The translations under genes were made by a program, and so were the position numbers. Below are positions 44,826 through 55,092 of a stretch of 64,000 nt of DNA, piece by piece. Each line of letters starts with the position of its first letter. Positions within the stretch are counted from its first letter, which is position 1. The notes beneath the pieces were generated by a model. That model was given only the letters and a program-made list of their open reading frames with translations. It was not told the DNA's origin and did no database searches. Origin of the DNA: Gammaproteobacteria bacterium (GTDB lineage Bacteria; Pseudomonadota; Gammaproteobacteria; UBA4575); the NCBI GenBank assembly GCA_965222615.1, contig CBDCUI010000008.1:768001-832000 (forward strand), in the 5' to 3' direction.

Positions 44826-45824
44826 ATGGCAAAGTTCAAACGACATTTACCAATGTCGGCAACAATCGCGATAATTATTCATCTGGTTGCTGTTGTGTTG
44901 CTTGTGGTTGGATACCAAATGAAGCGTGAACCTAGACCTAACCCGCAGGCAAACATTAACACTGTCAAAGCAAAAGTTATCAATGTTGAAAAACTAGCAG
45001 AACAGAAAAAGAAAGCACAAGAGGAAATTCAACGTAAAGAATTAGACAAGCAAAAAAAGATTGCTGAGCAAGAAAAAATTAAGCAAGAAAAGTTAAAACA
45101 AGAACAAGAAAAAAAGCGGCTTGAAGCAGAACTTGCAGAAGAAAAGAAAAAGGCTGAAGAGGCACGGCAAAGAGCAGAACTGGAACGCAAAAAAGCAGAA
45201 GAAGTTAAAAAGCAAGCTGAACTAGAAAAAAAACGACTTGAGGAATTAGCCAAGAAGAAAGCAGAAGAACAGCGACTTGCGGAAATAAAGAAAGCCGAGG
45301 AAGCAAAGAAGTTAGCAGAACAAAAAAAGGCTGAAGAGGCAAGAAAAAAAGCGAAATTAGAAAAGAAACGTAAAGAAGAAGAAGCGAAAAAATTAGCGGA
45401 AGAAAAAAAACGTAAGGAACAAGAAAGATTGGCTGCGGAGGAAGCTGCAGAACAGGAACGCTTGGCTAAAATTTTGGAACAAGAAGAGGCGGAGATGAAT
45501 GCAGCTGAACTTGAAGCACAGCAACTTGCAAATGCGCGCGCAATGAGTAAATTGATTGCCCAATACCAAGATGCAATCCGCAGTAGAATTCAAAGTCGAT
45601 GGCGTAAGCCATTAAATGAGCAACCTAATGCATGGTGTAAAGTGTATGTTCGGCAAGCACCTGGAGGTTATGTAGAAAATGTTGTAATTGAAGAATGCAC
45701 AGGTGATGAATCATTTAGGCGTTCTGTTGAAGAGGCAGTTTGGAAGTCAGATCCCTTACCAACTCCACCATCACCCGAGTTATTTGATCGAGATTTGCGT
45801 TTTAAATTTATACCGGAGACTTAA
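44826..45824 (+). CDS. tolA: TolA
   Basis: N-terminal TM with His, E/K/A-rich helix, C-terminal TonB-like domain; operon position. Confidence 0.92.
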   Translation: MAKFKRHLPMSATIAIIIHLVAVVLLVVGYQMKREPRPNPQANINTVKAKVINVEKLAEQKKKAQEEIQRKELDKQKKIAEQEKIKQEKLKQEQEKKRLEAELAEEKKKAEEARQRAELERKKAEEVKKQAELEKKRLEELAKKKAEEQRLAEIKKAEEAKKLAEQKKAEEARKKAKLEKKRKEEEAKKLAEEKKRKEQERLAAEEAAEQERLAKILEQEEAEMNAAELEAQQLANARAMSKLIAQYQDAIRSRIQSRWRKPLNEQPNAWCKVYVRQAPGGYVENVVIEECTGDESFRRSVEEAVWKSDPLPTPPSPELFDRDLRFKFIPET

Positions 45825-47119
45825 TGAAGAATATTATTAAACTATTAAGCGCTATGATTCTTGTTGTTGTGGGGCAAGCTGCGCATGCGATTTTAGAAAT
45901 TGAAATAACACAGGGCATTGAAGGGGCCATTCCAATCGCTGTAGTCGCATTTGCAGGGGATGTCTACACTTCACCTGAAGCAGTTGAAACAATTGTACGA
46001 AATGATTTAGGTAGTAGTGGGTTTTTTAATGTATTAAATAAGAGTAATTTCCCGCAAGTAGTTACTGATCCGACACAAATCAATTTTAATGCATGGCGAA
46101 ATACTGGGGTAGAGAATTTAATACTGGGTAAAGTTACTAAAGCGGGTGGAGATCAATACCGTATCGAGTTTCAGCTCATTGATCTAATAAGAAAGAAAAG
46201 GCTATTAGGCAATGTTATTCCTGCAACGAGTAAAGATGTACGCAAAGTCGGTCATAAGATTAGTGATGTCGTATTTGAAAAATTGACCGGTATACGTGGA
46301 GCGTTTAGTACGCGTGTTGCTTATGTCAGTACTATCAATAAGAATTCTGAGAACCCTAAATACATTTTGCAAATAGCGGATGCCGATGGGCACAACGCTA
46401 GAACGGTATTTTCATCAAATAAGCAGTTGTTATCTCCATCTTGGTCACCTGATGGAACAAAATTAGTCTATGTTTCTTTTGAGACGGGCAATTCTGCAAT
46501 TTATATTCAAGATATTATTCAAGGCACGCGCGCAAAGGTGTCGGCGCGTTCAGGTATAAATAGTGCTCCTGCATGGTCGCCAAATGGTAAATATTTGGCA
46601 TTTACACTCTCCGCGAGAGGTAGTCCCGATATTTATGTCATGGATATGAGTTCAAAAAATATCAGGCGTTTAACCAGTGCATCTTCGATCGATACGGAAC
46701 CTTGTTGGACACCAGATAGTAAATCATTATTATTTACCTCAGATCGTAGTGGAGGGCCGCAAATTTATGCAGTTGCCGTAAATGGTGGTAAGCCTAGCCG
46801 GCTTACTTTTGAAGGCAACTATAACGCTGCACCAGATATCTCTCCTGACGGTCGTTACATGACATTGGTGCATAATGGTGGGAATGGTTTTAGGATTGCG
46901 GTAATGGATCTGCAAAATAAAGCCATGCGGGTAATTACCAATGGAAGTTTGGATGAAGGGCCGAGTTATGCGCCCAATGGGAGTATGATTATTTATGCCA
47001 CTGCTGAACAAGGTCGTGGCGTCTTAGCGGCGGTGAGTGCAGATGGTAGAGTAAAACAAAGATTACGGTTGACGGAAGGTGATGTGCGGGAACCTGCGTG
47101 GTCGCCTTTTCGTTACTAA
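45824..47119 (+). CDS. tolB: TolB
   Basis: PD40 repeats (SPSWSPDG, APAWSPNG), EPAWSP end. Confidence 0.96.
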   Translation: MKNIIKLLSAMILVVVGQAAHAILEIEITQGIEGAIPIAVVAFAGDVYTSPEAVETIVRNDLGSSGFFNVLNKSNFPQVVTDPTQINFNAWRNTGVENLILGKVTKAGGDQYRIEFQLIDLIRKKRLLGNVIPATSKDVRKVGHKISDVVFEKLTGIRGAFSTRVAYVSTINKNSENPKYILQIADADGHNARTVFSSNKQLLSPSWSPDGTKLVYVSFETGNSAIYIQDIIQGTRAKVSARSGINSAPAWSPNGKYLAFTLSARGSPDIYVMDMSSKNIRRLTSASSIDTEPCWTPDSKSLLFTSDRSGGPQIYAVAVNGGKPSRLTFEGNYNAAPDISPDGRYMTLVHNGGNGFRIAVMDLQNKAMRVITNGSLDEGPSYAPNGSMIIYATAEQGRGVLAAVSADGRVKQRLRLTEGDVREPAWSPFRY

Positions 47120-47150
47120 TGTGTATGACTAAATAGAGGAGAATGAAGTC

Positions 47151-47669
47151 ATGATTAAACAACTTATATGTATGTTATTGATAAGCTTTTTTGTCATTGG
47201 TGCTTGTAGCACCAAGACGAAAGAAATGCCAGGCGATGTCATCAGTGCAGATTATGAAGGTGATGTTGGCGATGGATCTGAAACAACAGGCCTTGATGGT
47301 GAAGGTGATTTAGCAATGGATGGACTTGGTGACGGCAGCCTTACATCCGGTAACGTGATTTATTTCGACTATAATAGTGCCGAAATTCGAGATGATTCAT
47401 TGCCTTTAATTGCATCGGCAGCTGAAACCTTGGCATCTAATCCTGCAATGCAAATGCGTTTAGAAGGACATGCAGATGAGCGAGGCACACGTGAGTATAA
47501 TCTTGCCTTAGGCGAACAACGTGCCAAATCTGTACGTGAATTGATTATGCTGCAAGGTGCTAGTGGCAATCAAATAGATATCGTCAGCTATGGCGAAGAA
47601 AAACCTGCGGTAATTGGATCTGGTGAGGAATCCTGGCAACAAAATAGAAGAGTGGAATTGATTTACTAA
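47151..47669 (+). CDS. pal: Peptidoglycan-associated lipoprotein
   Basis: Lipobox IGAC; GHADERGTREYNLALG, SYGEEKP, NRRVE. Confidence 0.96.
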   Translation: MIKQLICMLLISFFVIGACSTKTKEMPGDVISADYEGDVGDGSETTGLDGEGDLAMDGLGDGSLTSGNVIYFDYNSAEIRDDSLPLIASAAETLASNPAMQMRLEGHADERGTREYNLALGEQRAKSVRELIMLQGASGNQIDIVSYGEEKPAVIGSGEESWQQNRRVELIY

Positions 47670-47707
47670 AAAAGCAGGCCATTAATATTGTTGGAGAAAA
47701 TTTCAGG

Positions 47708-48574
47708 ATGAAAATAATCAAAATGCTTATGGCATTTGCATTGGTAGTGTTGTCGACTACCGTAACTGCGCACAAAGCGACAGAAGCGAGAGTGGATGCG
47801 TTGGATGCAAGGACGCAACGCATTGAGCGCGTTGTAGATAATCAGGCATTGCTTGGAATGGCAAAAAAAATTGAAGCATTGCAACGCGAATTGCAAGAAC
47901 TTCGCGGCGAAAATGAGCGACTTACCTATGAGTTAAATACTCTCAAGGAGCGCCAACGTGAACAATATTTGGATTTAGATCGACGACTACAATCTTCAAC
48001 AGGTGCGGCGAGTATTGGGGCTGCTCCTGCACAAAGTCAAGTTATAGATGGGCAAATTGTAGATAGAAACATCGTAACGAATTCTACTGTCTCGCAAACA
48101 ACTGAGGCACCAAAAATATCTACAACTGATCCTTCATCAACCCAAATCGCCACCACATCTAGTGCAACTACATCAGCAGGTGTGTCTAGTGATGCTGCTC
48201 AAGACTATAAAAGTGCCTTTACTTTGTTAAAGCAAGGTAAATACGATGATTCAATCGTATCTTTTGAGGCATTTCTACAAAACCATCCAACTAGTAAATA
48301 TGCTTCTAATGCGCAGTATTGGCTCGCAGAAGCAAATTATGTTTCCAAGCGTTACCCTAAGGCATTAACTGAATTTTCAAAAGTGATCAACGAATATCCT
48401 GCTAGCTCTAAAGTTGCGGATGCAAGGTTAAAGCTAGGTTTTACCTATTATGAATTGGGTAAGTATGAAGAAGCCAAAATTGAGCTGACAAAACTGCGTG
48501 CGCAATTTCCAAACTCAAGTGTAGCAAGTCTTGCGCAACAACGCCTCGAGCGCATGTCAAGAGAAGGTAAGTAA
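47708..48574 (+). CDS. cpoB: Cell division coordinator CpoB (YbgF)
   Basis: Signal peptide, coiled coil, TPR with NAQYWLAE; after pal. Confidence 0.93.
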   Translation: MKIIKMLMAFALVVLSTTVTAHKATEARVDALDARTQRIERVVDNQALLGMAKKIEALQRELQELRGENERLTYELNTLKERQREQYLDLDRRLQSSTGAASIGAAPAQSQVIDGQIVDRNIVTNSTVSQTTEAPKISTTDPSSTQIATTSSATTSAGVSSDAAQDYKSAFTLLKQGKYDDSIVSFEAFLQNHPTSKYASNAQYWLAEANYVSKRYPKALTEFSKVINEYPASSKVADARLKLGFTYYELGKYEEAKIELTKLRAQFPNSSVASLAQQRLERMSREGK

Positions 48575-48591
48575 ACTCAAAGGCTTTAAAC

Positions 48592-49272
48592 ATGAACGCG
48601 ACCGTTACATGTTTGAGTGTGACACCTCAGTTACAACGACTTCGTATCACTGAAATATTTGCCTCAATCCAGGGCGAGTCTACTACTGTCGGGATTCCTA
48701 CTATATTTATTCGATTAACTGGTTGTCCTTTACGTTGTAATTACTGTGATACATCTTATGCATTTACAGGCGGCGAATGGATGGATCTAACTAGTATTGA
48801 GGAAAGAGTGGCAAGCTTGCATTTAAAACATGTTACAGTGACTGGTGGTGAGCCGCTCGCGCAAAAGTCATGCTTGACTTTGCTGACAAGTCTCTGTGAT
48901 AAAAATTACTTGGTTTCGCTTGAAACTAGTGGCGCACTAGATATTAGTAAAGTTGATCCGCGTGTTGTAAAAATAGTAGACATTAAAACTCCTGCATCTG
49001 GAGAAGTTAGTAGGAATTACTGGGAAAACATAAATTATCTTCGTGAGCAAGATCAAATCAAGTTTGTGATAGGTAATCAGTCAGATTATGTATGGGCAAA
49101 AGAAATTATTTCAGAGCATCGTTTAACACAGCGTTGTGAAGTTTTATTTTCGCCTAGTCATGAAGAACTTGAATCAAAACAGCTCGCTGAGTGGATTTTA
49201 GAAGACAAGCTTAATGTACGTTTACAACTACAACTTCACAAGATTCTTTGGGGCAATGAGCCCGGTCGTTAA
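48592..49272 (+). CDS. queE: 7-carboxy-7-deazaguanine synthase
   Basis: EIFASIQGE, CPLRCNYCDT, TGGEP, QLHK. Confidence 0.95.
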   Translation: MNATVTCLSVTPQLQRLRITEIFASIQGESTTVGIPTIFIRLTGCPLRCNYCDTSYAFTGGEWMDLTSIEERVASLHLKHVTVTGGEPLAQKSCLTLLTSLCDKNYLVSLETSGALDISKVDPRVVKIVDIKTPASGEVSRNYWENINYLREQDQIKFVIGNQSDYVWAKEIISEHRLTQRCEVLFSPSHEELESKQLAEWILEDKLNVRLQLQLHKILWGNEPGR

Positions 49273-49292
49273 CATTCTTTAGGTCAGGTTGA

Positions 49293-49970
49293 TTGCCGCA
49301 ACAAACCAAAGCCATTGTTCTACTTTCAGGTGGACTTGATTCAGCGACTACACTAGCTTTTGCTCGATCTCAGGGTTATTCCTGTTATGCATTGAGCTTT
49401 CAATATGGTCAACGCCATAATGTTGAATTAATCGCCGCAAAAAAAATTGCGCAAGCATGTCAGGTAATAGAACACAAAATTTTTAATATTGATCTTTCTA
49501 CTTTTAAAGGTTCAGCACTTACGGATGAAACCATTAACGTTCCAACTGATTCGACTCAAGAAATTCCGGTTACCTATGTGCCGGCACGCAATACGGTGTT
49601 TCTTTCAATTGCACTAGCTTGGGCCGAAGTACTAAGTGTTCAAGATATATTTATAGGTGTGAATGCGGTGGATTATTCAGGCTATCCCGACTGTCGCCCT
49701 GAATACATAAACGCTTTTCAAAACATGGCTAATTTGGCGACTAAAGCTGCTATTGAAGGGCAAACACTGCATATTCACACCCCTCTAATATCGATGTCAA
49801 AAGCAGAGATAATTAAAACTGGTGTTGATCTGGGCGTAGATTATTCAGATACCATATCTTGTTATAGCGCAGATGAGCAAGGTCGTGCTTGCGGGATTTG
49901 TGATTCGTGCCGTTTTCGTAAACAAGGGTTTTTGGACGCAGGAGTTTCTGATCCAACATTATATATATGA
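49293..49970 (+). CDS. queC: 7-cyano-7-deazaguanine synthase
   Basis: LSGGLDS, TYVPARN, YPDCRPE, CGICDSC. Confidence 0.96.
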   Translation: MPQQTKAIVLLSGGLDSATTLAFARSQGYSCYALSFQYGQRHNVELIAAKKIAQACQVIEHKIFNIDLSTFKGSALTDETINVPTDSTQEIPVTYVPARNTVFLSIALAWAEVLSVQDIFIGVNAVDYSGYPDCRPEYINAFQNMANLATKAAIEGQTLHIHTPLISMSKAEIIKTGVDLGVDYSDTISCYSADEQGRACGICDSCRFRKQGFLDAGVSDPTLYI

Positions 49971-50044
49971 ATTATTTGCTTAAACTTGGATAGACTCATA
50001 CATTGGAGCTTTATTTGAATATGATGTAGGATAGCGCGCCGCAT

Positions 50045-50120
50045 GGGGCGTTAGCTCAGCTGGTAGAGCACTCGGCTTTTAACCGATTGGTCATAGGTTC
50101 GAATCCTATACGCCCCACCA
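50045..50120 (+). tRNA. tRNA-Lys (anticodon UUU)
   Basis: 76 nt cloverleaf: acceptor GGGGCGT/ACGCCCC-ACCA, loop CT-TTT-AA (TTT at 50078-50080), T arm GGTTCGAATCC; typical position after queC. Confidence 0.96.
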
Positions 50121-50184
50121 AGTTATTAAGTTTCTAGGTCTTTAGTTTAAGTAGCTAATTAAAATTCATATACGTTGTTAAAAG

Positions 50185-50308
50185 TATAGGATGAGAACCT
50201 CGGGTTCGACAAAATCGCCGGGAGCGATTTTGAACATCGTCACGTAGTGACGATGGCCTGAAAGGCGGAGGGCATGGATAGCCCGAAGTAATCCTATACG
50301 CCCCACCA
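50185..50308 (+). repeat. Duplicated tRNA-Lys 3' end interrupted in the T-loop by short element (copy D, 50209-50289)
   Basis: GGTTCG + [81 nt] + AATCCTATACGCCCCACCA; removing the insert restores tRNA bases 50096-50120 exactly. Confidence 0.8.
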
Positions 50309-50320
50309 CCTTTGCGTGTA

Positions 50321-50626
50321 GGTAGTACACGCAAATTAATTATGACGGAGTCATTCCTAAAATAATAAAACTTAGTATTAGCAATTAATAACCTACAGAT
50401 AATAGGTCCCGTGTATATAAAGAAGTTGCTGTAATTACGGTGGACGAGACCTGGGTATTATGCGTAAATTAATATGTGGCGAAGCCACTCCTAAAACGAT
50501 AAAACTTAGTTTTAGCAATTAATAGTCTACAGATGATAGGTCCCATATAGATAAAAGATTGTTGTGATTACGATGGATAGGACCTGGTAGTACACGCAAA
50601 TTAATCATGACGTAGTCATTCCTAAA
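50321..50626. repeat. Tandem ~133-bp repeat, about 2.3 copies
   Basis: Units start ~50321, 50453, 50586; units 1 and 2 share ATAAAACTTAGT-TTAGCAATTAATA--CTACAGAT-ATAGGTCCC. Confidence 0.8.
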
Positions 50627-51064
50627 TTTTTTCTTTGTATGTATCGCTTCGCGATTATCTGATTTGCATGTAATACTCACATGCAAGTTAATAGCCCCGA
50701 TCAAGTACGTTTCCCCACTTCTTAAACTATGTTACAAACTATTCAGCCTGTTTTAACCAAAAACTGATCAGGTCTTCAATTGATCCTTGATGCACTTTTT
50801 TATATTTATATTTATCAGTATATGTAGGTGAAGTAATTTCAAATAGAACTGGGTAAATTTTAGAATCACACATAACAAACCTGTTAGTATTTTGTAATAC
50901 AATTTATTTGTATAAAAATATAACTTTTTTAAGAGAGAATTTTGAAAATGTATATCTGAATTTAATAATAGAAATTAACTAATAAAATTATAAATTTGTA
51001 GTGCTATTATTTTTTTTATATGAGTTTTTAAAGCTTTACTTCCATAACAAGTTAAAAATACAAT

Positions 51065-52285
51065 CTATCTGTTATTCATCCAGGATGGTAGCTTGAAATT
51101 GCCAACATTGTATGGTTCAGGGGCAATTAATATCTGTTCATATTTATCTCCTTGGATTTGAAAAAACAAATGTGGCATTCCCAAAGATGGATCGTTAGTA
51201 GCATCTGGGAAAGGGATAGCTGCTTGCCATTTAGAGTGATAGTTAATAATTCCTGCTACGCTTCTGTATATTGTTTCTTTTAGTTTTTCTGCCACCTGTT
51301 TATTTTGTTCAATATCTCCAGGGTGCCCAGTGCCGCCAGCAAGTGTTGCTGCAATTGCGTAATGATGCATTGCACCATATGGTAAGCAACCCACACTGGG
51401 AGTTGAATTTTCACCGAATCGAGCATAGTACCTTTTTGCAAATGCGCGACCTATTTCATCCTGTAATAACCCGATTACCGTACCAACAATAATACCTCTA
51501 GCAGCTTCACCAGCAACTTCTGTAAAAGCTTGATGCATGGCTCCATACTGTAAATAGATAAGACTATTAGTAGGGTTTTCTAAAAATTGTTTTTGAAAAT
51601 GTGCAAGATCAACAGAATAGAAATGAGTGTTTGCTATTGCAGACGGGTTTATTTTGTTTAATTTTTTAAGCACATCACGCCATTCAGTGGTCGGTGTTTG
51701 AACAATCTCAGGGCCAAAAGCTATTTCCCATCCAAAGTTCTTTGCTACCGATTTCATCGCATTTGCAATAACGATGCTATAGGGTTTTGATCCAGAAATA
51801 ATCGCAAGTTTGTTATTGGATGGCTTCCATTTATCTGAATCACGTAACCAAGAAATAAATTTGATAAAACCTTGGCCGTACCAATATTCAGCTGGATCAC
51901 CCATGAAGCAACCGAAGTAGCGTTCAGGGTCACCCGTTACAGTGTCATGATGTTGTAATAATGTATTATGATTTATGTAGATGATGCCAGCATCGGCAAT
52001 AATGTCATATTCTGCATTTTGTGGACCAATATTATAACCATTAATTATGGCATGCACGTGGCTTTCATTAATTAACGATTGTGCAGCTGCAATTACTTCA
52101 CCAGCGGTTTGGGTTCGAGTATCGGCAGAAATCAGTTCAATCATCTGCCCGCAGATCCCTCCTTTTGAGTTGATTTCTTCAACAGCTAATAATGCTCCGT
52201 TGAGTGATTCAATTCCGTCTGCTGCTGAAGGGCCCGTGAGTGGTACCATCGAACCAATAGGAATTGTTTCGCTAGTGTTTTTCAC
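51065..52285 (-). CDS. Leu/Ile/Val-type (AmiC-like) binding-protein fold without signal peptide; probable cytoplasmic sensor
   Basis: IGSMVPLTGPSAADG, LAVEEINSKGGICG begin at residue ~10; GTGA overlap with kinase stop. Confidence 0.8.
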   Translation of the reverse strand: MKNTSETIPIGSMVPLTGPSAADGIESLNGALLAVEEINSKGGICGQMIELISADTRTQTAGEVIAAAQSLINESHVHAIINGYNIGPQNAEYDIIADAGIIYINHNTLLQHHDTVTGDPERYFGCFMGDPAEYWYGQGFIKFISWLRDSDKWKPSNNKLAIISGSKPYSIVIANAMKSVAKNFGWEIAFGPEIVQTPTTEWRDVLKKLNKINPSAIANTHFYSVDLAHFQKQFLENPTNSLIYLQYGAMHQAFTEVAGEAARGIIVGTVIGLLQDEIGRAFAKRYYARFGENSTPSVGCLPYGAMHHYAIAATLAGGTGHPGDIEQNKQVAEKLKETIYRSVAGIINYHSKWQAAIPFPDATNDPSLGMPHLFFQIQGDKYEQILIAPEPYNVGNFKLPSWMNNR

Positions 52286-54222
52286 GCATTTGTTTCCTGC
52301 AAGGATTTTGGCTCAAATAATAAATTGTGCATCATCAGTCTTAGCTGCGGGGGGTTCAATGGTTTGATCAAAATTGGAAAATTTAGTGACTTGATATACT
52401 CAATTATTTTCGGATCAGTGTCTGCAGTCATAACGATGCACGGAAGGCTGGAATCAAGTTTTTTTCTTATTGAGTTTGCAACTTGAGTGCCTGTAGTACC
52501 CGCGTGTAATCTGTAGTCAACAAGCAATAAATCAGGTGTCCAATCTTCAGTATCTAGAATTGATAAAACATTTTCCTCACTTTCAGCTAAACGTATGTTT
52601 ACACCCCATCTATTAAAGAGTTCAGCTAGTGAGTCGCGAAGAATCTCATCATCTTCAACAATTAAAACTTTTGTTTTGGAAAATTCTCCACCAATGGCTT
52701 CACTAATTTCAGGTTCTCCAACTTCACTTTTCCAAACATCACCTAAAGGTAAATCAATTGCAAATACAGATCCTTTCCCTAAAGAAGATTTAAGATGAAT
52801 GCAATGGTCAAGTAGCTTAGCTATACGTTGAGCAATATTAAGGCCAAGTCCTAATCCTTGTTTTTGCTTTTTTATTTTTTTGGGTACTTGATAAAATTCA
52901 TCAAAAATTGTGTCTAAATGCTCTTCAGGAATGCCACAACCTGTATCATGAATTTCAAGTCTAATTTTGTTACTTTTTCTGCGACAGCCAATCAATATCT
53001 TTCCAATATCTGTATAGCGGATTGCATTGGCAACAAAGTTGCTAATTATACGTTCAAGTAATGCACTATCACTGACGATTGTGACTTTGGTTGGAACGAC
53101 ATGAAAGTATAAACCTTTTTCTGTAGCTTGATGCTTGAACTGAATTTCGATACGTTCTAAAAGTGATGCCAGTTGAAAATTAGTAACGCGAGGGGTAATT
53201 TTACCTGCGTCAAGATGACCTACTTGAAGTAAAACGTTTAGAATATCTTCCATAATACTTGCTGAAATATCCATTGCATGTAATAAATCCTGACGGTGTT
53301 TTTCATCTTCTTCGTTTATGCACGAGTAGATAAGAATTTTCAGAGTAGCTAATGGTTGTCGCAGATCATGATTTGCGGCACGTAAAAAGCGTGATTTATT
53401 GGTACTCGCGCTTTCTGCGAGTTCTTTTGCTTGTCGTAAAGCTTTTTCACCTCGTCTCTGCGCGGACAAATCATTTATAATAGTAATAGTTCCTGAGGTT
53501 TCTATGTGCTGCTCAATCATTTCAATACTGCGACCATCTGGGAAAAATATTTCTGCTGAGCCCCCATTAATATGTATATGTTTGCGTTCTTCACTCCATT
53601 TGTCACGATCTGTTCCAGAGTATATCTCATTAGTACTTGCAGCGAGATCAATGAAAGCAGAATAGGAAAGACCTTTTTCAAGGCAAGATGAAATAGGATA
53701 AAAAAATTCTTCAAATTTCGAGTTGTAAGTTAATAGCAAATCTTTACTATCCCAAATCGCAATCCCAAAATTGGAATATTCGAAGGCTTGTAAAATCAAG
53801 CTTTGGTCTGTAACCGGTGCTTTTGTATTGCGTAAGCTTGTAATATTTTGAGTTGAACCAATTATTTCCTGGATATCACCACGAGAATCAGGAATCGGAG
53901 TAGCTGTATCACGCACCCAGCAAGTTGACTCATCTGATAAAATAATTCGGTAATCAATTGTCGAGTTATTTCCTGATATTAAATTATTCCAATGTGTTTC
54001 AAATTTTGTGATGTCGAGTTCAGATATTTTAGGAGCATTATTGTTAGATTTTAGATAGAGTATGAGTGGAGGCAATGATAAATTTTGTAATGATCCTGTT
54101 TGCCAAATAACATTGGGTTTCCCTAATTTATCAATGCAAACTGAATAAGAGATGCATTCGATAAGACTTGCAGCAACCGAAAATCTATCAACTGTTGGTG
54201 AAGTAGAAGGATCAAGCAACAT
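52282..54222 (-). CDS. Soluble hybrid sensor histidine kinase (PAS-PAS-HisKA-HATPase-REC)
   Basis: NHDLRQPL, NFVANAIRYT, DTGCGI, GLGLGL, receiver VEDD..LVDY..KP; no TM segment evident. Confidence 0.92.
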   Translation of the reverse strand: MLLDPSTSPTVDRFSVAASLIECISYSVCIDKLGKPNVIWQTGSLQNLSLPPLILYLKSNNNAPKISELDITKFETHWNNLISGNNSTIDYRIILSDESTCWVRDTATPIPDSRGDIQEIIGSTQNITSLRNTKAPVTDQSLILQAFEYSNFGIAIWDSKDLLLTYNSKFEEFFYPISSCLEKGLSYSAFIDLAASTNEIYSGTDRDKWSEERKHIHINGGSAEIFFPDGRSIEMIEQHIETSGTITIINDLSAQRRGEKALRQAKELAESASTNKSRFLRAANHDLRQPLATLKILIYSCINEEDEKHRQDLLHAMDISASIMEDILNVLLQVGHLDAGKITPRVTNFQLASLLERIEIQFKHQATEKGLYFHVVPTKVTIVSDSALLERIISNFVANAIRYTDIGKILIGCRRKSNKIRLEIHDTGCGIPEEHLDTIFDEFYQVPKKIKKQKQGLGLGLNIAQRIAKLLDHCIHLKSSLGKGSVFAIDLPLGDVWKSEVGEPEISEAIGGEFSKTKVLIVEDDEILRDSLAELFNRWGVNIRLAESEENVLSILDTEDWTPDLLLVDYRLHAGTTGTQVANSIRKKLDSSLPCIVMTADTDPKIIEYIKSLNFPILIKPLNPPQLRLMMHNLLFEPKSLQETNA

Positions 54223-54237
54223 TTAATTTGGAAATTA

Positions 54238-54915
54238 TTATTCAGGAAGGCTGACTGCAAAATGTATCGCTTGTGCTCGATCTGATAAGCCTAATTTTTT
54301 CATTGAGCTTCGCATATGTACACGTACAGTACTCGGGCTAATTTCTAATGATTTGGCTATCTTAGAATCTGATAAGCCTTGACCTAATAGTTTGAAGACT
54401 TGGCGTTCACGAGCCGTGAGCTTTTCAATATTCAATGATTTTGAATTTAATAAAAGTTGCTTTGATTTCGATTTGATCAACTTATCTTTGTCTTCCTGTA
54501 ATTCTGTCTTTGATTCAGTTTGTATTAATATTTGACGTGGGAAGGACACATCACCTGCAAGTACACGAGAAAGAGATTCAACCATATCTGCGCCTTGAGC
54601 AGATTTAGGAATATAGCCAACTACACCATGTTTTATCGACTGAAGTACATAGTCTCTATCCTCATGAACTGAAATGACAACTATAGGAATGTTCGGGAAA
54701 AGCTGTCGTAATTTAATCAAACCAGCAAATTCATCAAAGCCAGGCATGATCAAATCAATGACCATTAAAGATATGTCAGGATTGTTATCTAGTATAGTTA
54801 CAGCGTCATCAAAGGCTGCAGCTTCATAAGGTTCGAATTTTTCATCAATTCTAAGCAGAACGTGCTTAATTGATTCTCTGACAATCCAATGGTCATCTGC
54901 TATGAGGATTTTCAT
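54238..54915 (-). CDS. NarL/LuxR-family response regulator
   Basis: ILIADDH, IDLIMPG, GYIPK, LTARERQV...TVRVH HTH. Confidence 0.94.
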   Translation of the reverse strand: MKILIADDHWIVRESIKHVLLRIDEKFEPYEAAAFDDAVTILDNNPDISLMVIDLIMPGFDEFAGLIKLRQLFPNIPIVVISVHEDRDYVLQSIKHGVVGYIPKSAQGADMVESLSRVLAGDVSFPRQILIQTESKTELQEDKDKLIKSKSKQLLLNSKSLNIEKLTARERQVFKLLGQGLSDSKIAKSLEISPSTVRVHMRSSMKKLGLSDRAQAIHFAVSLPE

Positions 54916-55092
54916 TAGTTCAAATTATTAGTTGTAAATTATTCGGCATTACACAGTATTAGTTTGAGTGTGAATTACTTAGATATTAAAAAGTTCGGTC
55001 TCTTAAATATAGTTTCGGTATTTTTTTCATTTGGAATCTGAAAGAGAAAATAGTTAAAGACCTTATTGTGTAGATAGTACAGTTTTATTCTA

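Noticed and set aside
44990-45520. Repetitive A/G-rich DNA
   Set aside because: Normal E/K/A-rich helical domain of TolA
48575-49292. preQ1 riboswitch near queE/queC
   Set aside because: Spacers are only 17-20 nt, with no aptamer motif
50321-50626. Possible CRISPR array
   Set aside because: Units are ~133 bp and similar along their whole length, with no unique spacers and no cas genes
50739-50873. 44-codon minus-strand ORF (MCDSKIYP...) in the AT-rich island edge
   Set aside because: Short, no SD or motif; could be a gene remnant but cannot be supported
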